DNA of 64,000 nucleotides, taken from NCBI GenBank assembly GCA_963675785.1, contig OY776562.1, positions 1,056,001-1,120,000 on the forward strand, read 5' to 3'. Position numbers and translations under genes: made by a program. The notes beneath the pieces are model-generated. The model saw only the letters and a list, made by a program, of their open reading frames with translations, was not told where the DNA came from and did not search any database. Source of the stretch: Anaerolineae bacterium. Lineage in GTDB: Bacteria; Chloroflexota; Anaerolineae; UBA1429. Within the stretch, counting starts at the first letter, position 1. Every line of letters starts with the position of its first letter. This document shows positions 59,825 through 64,000 of this stretch, piece by piece.

Positions 59825-61246
59825 CTAGAGCCAGCGAGCTTCCAGTTCTTCCATTGAAGGCTCGACTGGATCGGCCAGCAGGCCCGGCAGGTAACGGCAG
59901 GCTTCGAGCAAAATCTCGCCATAATGGCCGTGAATGCCTGCAACATGGTGAATGTAGGGGCCTTGCACCAGCTTGTGCTCCCACAGCGGCCAATTCTTGA
60001 CCTTGAACCAGACGTATGTACCGCCGGTCATGGGGCCATCGGTGCCCACGCCCTCACCGATAAGCAGTTGATATTTGCCGTGGTCGCCATCGAACCGGGC
60101 TACGGTGATGTCTCCGCCGACGATTTCCCATTCGCAAGTGCCGTAGGCTTTGCTGGGCAGAATCCAGTGCTCGCCTGCGCGGGCTTTGGTCTTGTCCTTG
60201 GCCAGCGAATAGGGGAACGGTCCGCAGTGCCACAGCAGCTCAGCGTTGTCGTCTTCGGGATGGCGCACAGTGACGTCGGCAAAGAAATGTGCTTTGGCGT
60301 TCATGGCCGCCGCGCTCAGCATCACGGCGGTGACGGCGCCGTGGACATCGGTCTCACAGGCCACAGGCAGTCCTTCATCGGCAAGCAGGGCATTGGCCAG
60401 GCAGGGCATAATGCCGGTCACATCCTGAAGTGCGTTCCAACACTGGATGGCGATAGCCCGACAGCCGTATTCTTCTGCCTTGAGGCGCATAGCTACCTTG
60501 AGTGCCGCCATTTTCTCGATCTGCGCCATGGGGCTATCGGGGCTCATGTTCTCGTGAATAAAGGCCGCGGTATCCAAAACAGCCTGATCGCGGTCTCTGA
60601 GCAGCTCGTCCATTTTCAGCGTTATTTCTGGCAAGGGAATGGGATAGATCTGGATGCCGAACCGTTCCAGCAGTTCGTTCTCGTTATACATCACGCTCCA
60701 GAACGGCTGGGGGCGGGTGGATATCTGCAAGATGCGCAGATTCTTGACTGCTTTGACCACGCTGGCCACAGCCAGGAACTTTTCGACCCCCTCTTTTAAG
60801 TCCTCGCTATCCACCCACGAGTTGGTCAGGTAGGTGAAAGGTACGTTGAACCGTCTGAGTACTTTGCCAGTGGCAAAAAGGCCGCATTGGCTGTCGCGTT
60901 GGCGCATGCCGTTAGGCTCTGGCGCGTCGTCGCGTGGGCCCCACAGTAGTACCGGCACCTGCAGCGCCGCGGCCACCTGAGCCACAAGCCCCTCGGAGCC
61001 AAAGTTGCAGTGGGGGAAGAACACGGCATCTACATGGGCATCCTTAAAGCGGGTAATGATGGCCTCGAGGTCGCAATCCTGAAAGAGCAACTGCTCATCA
61101 TTGATGCCAGCCAGATCGACATAGTCGACATCCCACGCTGTCAGCAGATCTTTGACCAGCCCTGCAAAGTGCATGGCTGCCTCGCGGCTGAATACGTCTC
61201 TTCGCGTGGGGCAGTAACCAAGTTTAATGCGCGTCTTTTCCATCAT
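59825..61246 (-). CDS. L-fucose/L-arabinose isomerase family protein
   Basis: 'NFGSE', 'RDSQCG', 'AIQCW', 'ACETD', 'WHCG', 'YIHH'. Confidence 0.85.
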   Translation of the reverse strand: MMEKTRIKLGYCPTRRDVFSREAAMHFAGLVKDLLTAWDVDYVDLAGINDEQLLFQDCDLEAIITRFKDAHVDAVFFPHCNFGSEGLVAQVAAALQVPVLLWGPRDDAPEPNGMRQRDSQCGLFATGKVLRRFNVPFTYLTNSWVDSEDLKEGVEKFLAVASVVKAVKNLRILQISTRPQPFWSVMYNENELLERFGIQIYPIPLPEITLKMDELLRDRDQAVLDTAAFIHENMSPDSPMAQIEKMAALKVAMRLKAEEYGCRAIAIQCWNALQDVTGIMPCLANALLADEGLPVACETDVHGAVTAVMLSAAAMNAKAHFFADVTVRHPEDDNAELLWHCGPFPYSLAKDKTKARAGEHWILPSKAYGTCEWEIVGGDITVARFDGDHGKYQLLIGEGVGTDGPMTGGTYVWFKVKNWPLWEHKLVQGPYIHHVAGIHGHYGEILLEACRYLPGLLADPVEPSMEELEARWL

Positions 61247-61273
61247 TCGTACTCCTACTTTTTTCAATGAGGC

Positions 61274-62242
61274 TTATTCAGCGAGGCGGGCGTAACCCAG
61301 AATGTCCAGCACGCCTTCCATAATCTCGGCGGCTTTTTCGATGCTATCATCAAGATACTGCCGGGACTCGGCAGCCTCAAAATCACCCTGTTCTATCAAG
61401 CTGCTTCTTTTTTGCAGTTGGCGTGCTGCGTATTGGCCGCTTTCTCGTGCAATTCGTGTCCACATATTCACGCGAATAATGCCATCGCTGAATAGCGAGC
61501 GCATCTGCTCGTCAGATAGGCTAGAAGTGCCGTGCAGCACCAGCATGGGCTTGCCTAAACGTCCGCTCAACTCTCGGGCGCGTTCGCCCAGATAGACGCA
61601 ATCGCCCACGTGGCTGGATTGCTGCTCAGTGCCCAGATCGGCCACCAAAAAATCGATCCCGGTTTCGTTGACATAATCATAAGCCTTGTCCACATAGGCA
61701 TCGGTTTGCTTGGCGCGAGGGCCGCCTTCTACAGCGAGTTGCTCCATGATCCCTTCGATCAAAATATCCTTACCGTGGGCCCGGACGTATTCGCTGGTCA
61801 TCTGGCGATTTTCCTGTTCGGGGTAGCGTTGGGCGTCGAACATGACGCTGGCCAGGTAGGGCAACCCCTCGGTGAGTGCCCAGCCATCGCGAGCGGGATC
61901 AGCGTGGTCCAGATGAGGCAGCACCTCGACGTTGGCGTAAGGCGAATCTGGCGCTGCGCAGAGGGCATCCAAATGCCTCATGATGGAGATAAAGCCGGTT
62001 TTGGCGTCGCGCGAGTGCGTAATGCGCTCCGCCTGCTTCATGTGTGGGTAGCAGTAGGTCATGGCCACAGCCAACGGAATGTTGGCAATTCCCCGCTTTT
62101 CGGCATAGCGTTGGGCGGCCAGCAGAATCGCCTCGGTGTTCCAGTGGCTCGCCGTGCAAAAGATGGCCATGCTGACATCGTTGGAACGCAGTCTCTCGAT
62201 GGTTTCCAACGCACACGAACGTTCAGTCTTGATCGACATCAA
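61274..62242 (-). CDS. Class II fructose-bisphosphate aldolase family protein (divergent)
   Basis: 'HLDHA', 'SVMFD', 'TGIDFLV..GT', 'LVLHGTS', 'VN'. Confidence 0.75.
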   Translation of the reverse strand: MMSIKTERSCALETIERLRSNDVSMAIFCTASHWNTEAILLAAQRYAEKRGIANIPLAVAMTYCYPHMKQAERITHSRDAKTGFISIMRHLDALCAAPDSPYANVEVLPHLDHADPARDGWALTEGLPYLASVMFDAQRYPEQENRQMTSEYVRAHGKDILIEGIMEQLAVEGGPRAKQTDAYVDKAYDYVNETGIDFLVADLGTEQQSSHVGDCVYLGERARELSGRLGKPMLVLHGTSSLSDEQMRSLFSDGIIRVNMWTRIARESGQYAARQLQKRSSLIEQGDFEAAESRQYLDDSIEKAAEIMEGVLDILGYARLAE

Positions 62243-62248
62243 TCATCC

Positions 62249-63748
62249 TCATTCCCAGATATCTCGAACAGCCGGATAAAGCTTTTTGTAACGCTGATAG
62301 TTCTCTTCGTAACGCTCGATCCTGCTTGGATCGGGCTCGAAATGGTGCTTTTCGTTTACCAGAAGGCGGCAGGCCTCATCGGCGTCACGGTAGATTCCCG
62401 CGGCAATGCCCGCTAGCATCACCACGCCCAGGGTTCCCGCCTCATTGATGGCCAGCGTGGACACAGGGCGGTTCATAATATCAGCCTTGATCTGTAGCCA
62501 GACATCAGACTTGGCACCGCCGCCTACAGCGCGTAGGGAATCCACAAAGATGCCGGCGCCTTCCAAGCATTCGAGATTGTACCTCATCTCGTAGGTAATG
62601 CTTTCGAGCATGGCTCTATAGATGTCATAGGTGGTGGTGCGGCTGTTCAAGCCCAGAATGGCGCCAGTGGCGTTTGGATCAAGATAGGGCGTGCCGCTTC
62701 CACCAAAGTGGGGCAGCACCAAAAGGCCACTGGGTTCTGGGCTGATGCGGCTATCCAGCAGAGCGTAGGCACTCATGCCGCAGGCTTGGGCTTCGGCCCG
62801 TTCACTACGCCCGATGGTATCGCGGAACCATTGCAAGAGGGCTCCTGCCGATAGGGTATAGGCAAAGGTAATGTAGCGATTGGGCACGACGTGTGGGCCG
62901 CAGTGATAGTTGCTAGCAAACAGCTCGGGGCTGAACACGGGCTTTTCCAGGCAGGTGGTGATGCACTCGGCTGTGCCCATGCCATCCACGGCCAGTCCGG
63001 CGGATATCACACCGCTTCCCAGGGCGGCGCAAGGTTGATCATGCCCACCGGTAACCACCAGGGTATCATTTGGCAGGCCGAGTTCTACGGCCACTGTATG
63101 CTGCACCAACCCGACAGGCGTTCCGCTGGGCAGAGTGTGGGCAAAGAGGTCTGGTGACAAGTTAGCGCCAGCGAGTATCTCCTCATCCCACACCTTATCG
63201 ACGGCATGAAAGGCCATGGTGCGGTCGGCAAGGGAATAATCAGTGGCGAATTCACCGCTCAGCTTGTAGATAAGGTAATCCTCGAATTGCAAGAATTTGA
63301 CCACACGGCTGAAAATCTCGGGTTGGTTATCGCGTAGCCACATGGCCCGAAAGATAGTGTACATGGGGTGCAGGGGGACGCCGGTACGCTGCATCAGAGT
63401 TTGTGCTCCCAGGCGCTCTGCCAGCGTGGCCATCTGTTCTTGGCCGCGGGGATCAGTTAGCAGAATACCGTTGTAAAGCACCCGGCCGGCCGAATCGATG
63501 GGCACAGCGGCCTCGCCAAAGGAAGAGATGGACAGCGCTTGCACGCGATCGTTGGGGCAAGCAGCCACACTCTCGCGTATGCAGGCGGCTACGCTCAGCC
63601 ACACATTCTCCGGGGCTATCTCGGAACACCCGACTTTGCACGGGGTGGGTGGGTATTCGCGGTAGGCTGAGGATAGCACCTTGCCGAATTCGTTCAGGAT
63701 GGTTGTTTTGCAGCCGGAGGTGCCTGCATCGATGCCAAGCAGTGCCAT
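62249..63748 (-). CDS. FGGY-family carbohydrate kinase (xylulokinase-like)
   Basis: 'LGIDAGTSGCK', 'GGHDQ', 'GTAE', 'LPHFGG', 'VGGGAKSDVWLQIKADI'. Confidence 0.9.
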   Translation of the reverse strand: MALLGIDAGTSGCKTTILNEFGKVLSSAYREYPPTPCKVGCSEIAPENVWLSVAACIRESVAACPNDRVQALSISSFGEAAVPIDSAGRVLYNGILLTDPRGQEQMATLAERLGAQTLMQRTGVPLHPMYTIFRAMWLRDNQPEIFSRVVKFLQFEDYLIYKLSGEFATDYSLADRTMAFHAVDKVWDEEILAGANLSPDLFAHTLPSGTPVGLVQHTVAVELGLPNDTLVVTGGHDQPCAALGSGVISAGLAVDGMGTAECITTCLEKPVFSPELFASNYHCGPHVVPNRYITFAYTLSAGALLQWFRDTIGRSERAEAQACGMSAYALLDSRISPEPSGLLVLPHFGGSGTPYLDPNATGAILGLNSRTTTYDIYRAMLESITYEMRYNLECLEGAGIFVDSLRAVGGGAKSDVWLQIKADIMNRPVSTLAINEAGTLGVVMLAGIAAGIYRDADEACRLLVNEKHHFEPDPSRIERYEENYQRYKKLYPAVRDIWE

Positions 63749-64000
63749 CTATCTTGTTCTCCAATATATAGCGTCCGCCCATCAGTTGTTCTTGGCGCGG
63801 CACAACAAACTACTGATGCTGCCTATGACGTCCGCATCAGCATGGATGTAGCGCTATGTTAATGATCTCACGCGAGAGGTCAAGCCCGCCAAGGGCATTG
63901 TCAATTCGGAACGGTTGTTTTTATTTATTTCTGCACTGTAGGCGTTGCAGGCCTTGTAATTGTTATGTTATAATCGATACCTATAGGCGATATAAGTACT

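Overview
Bacterial chromosomal window of about 55% GC. The gene content (heliorhodopsin, a PT-linker M23 peptidase, a glycyl-radical enzyme, many glycoside hydrolases) fits an anaerobic sugar fermenter such as Anaerolineae/Chloroflexota; this assignment is inference. The centrepiece is a complete type I-E CRISPR-Cas locus (cas3-cas8e-cse2-cas7-cas5-cas6e-cas1-cas2) divergent from a heliorhodopsin gene. It is followed by an array of about 146 repeats (GTTTTCCCCACACCCGTGGGGATGGACCG). Four features stand out. (1) Near the trailer end a 603-bp 'giant spacer' sits between two intact repeats and carries a truncated toxin-like C-terminus plus a complete overlapping immunity-like gene. (2) cas3 is broken by a 2-bp TG duplication while the rest of the locus looks intact. 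(3) Four spacer pairs re-target the same protospacer in diverged variants, and one overlap directly shows an AAG PAM. (4) The leader carries a perfect 14-bp inverted repeat. The rest of the window holds carbohydrate catabolism genes, leuS, an amber-interrupted methyltransferase, a REP/REPIN-like palindrome cluster, an uncharacterised glycyl-radical enzyme operon, two kinase-less 7TM-PAS sensors, a two-component pair and a radical SAM gene. All calls come from reading motifs by eye; no database searches were run.
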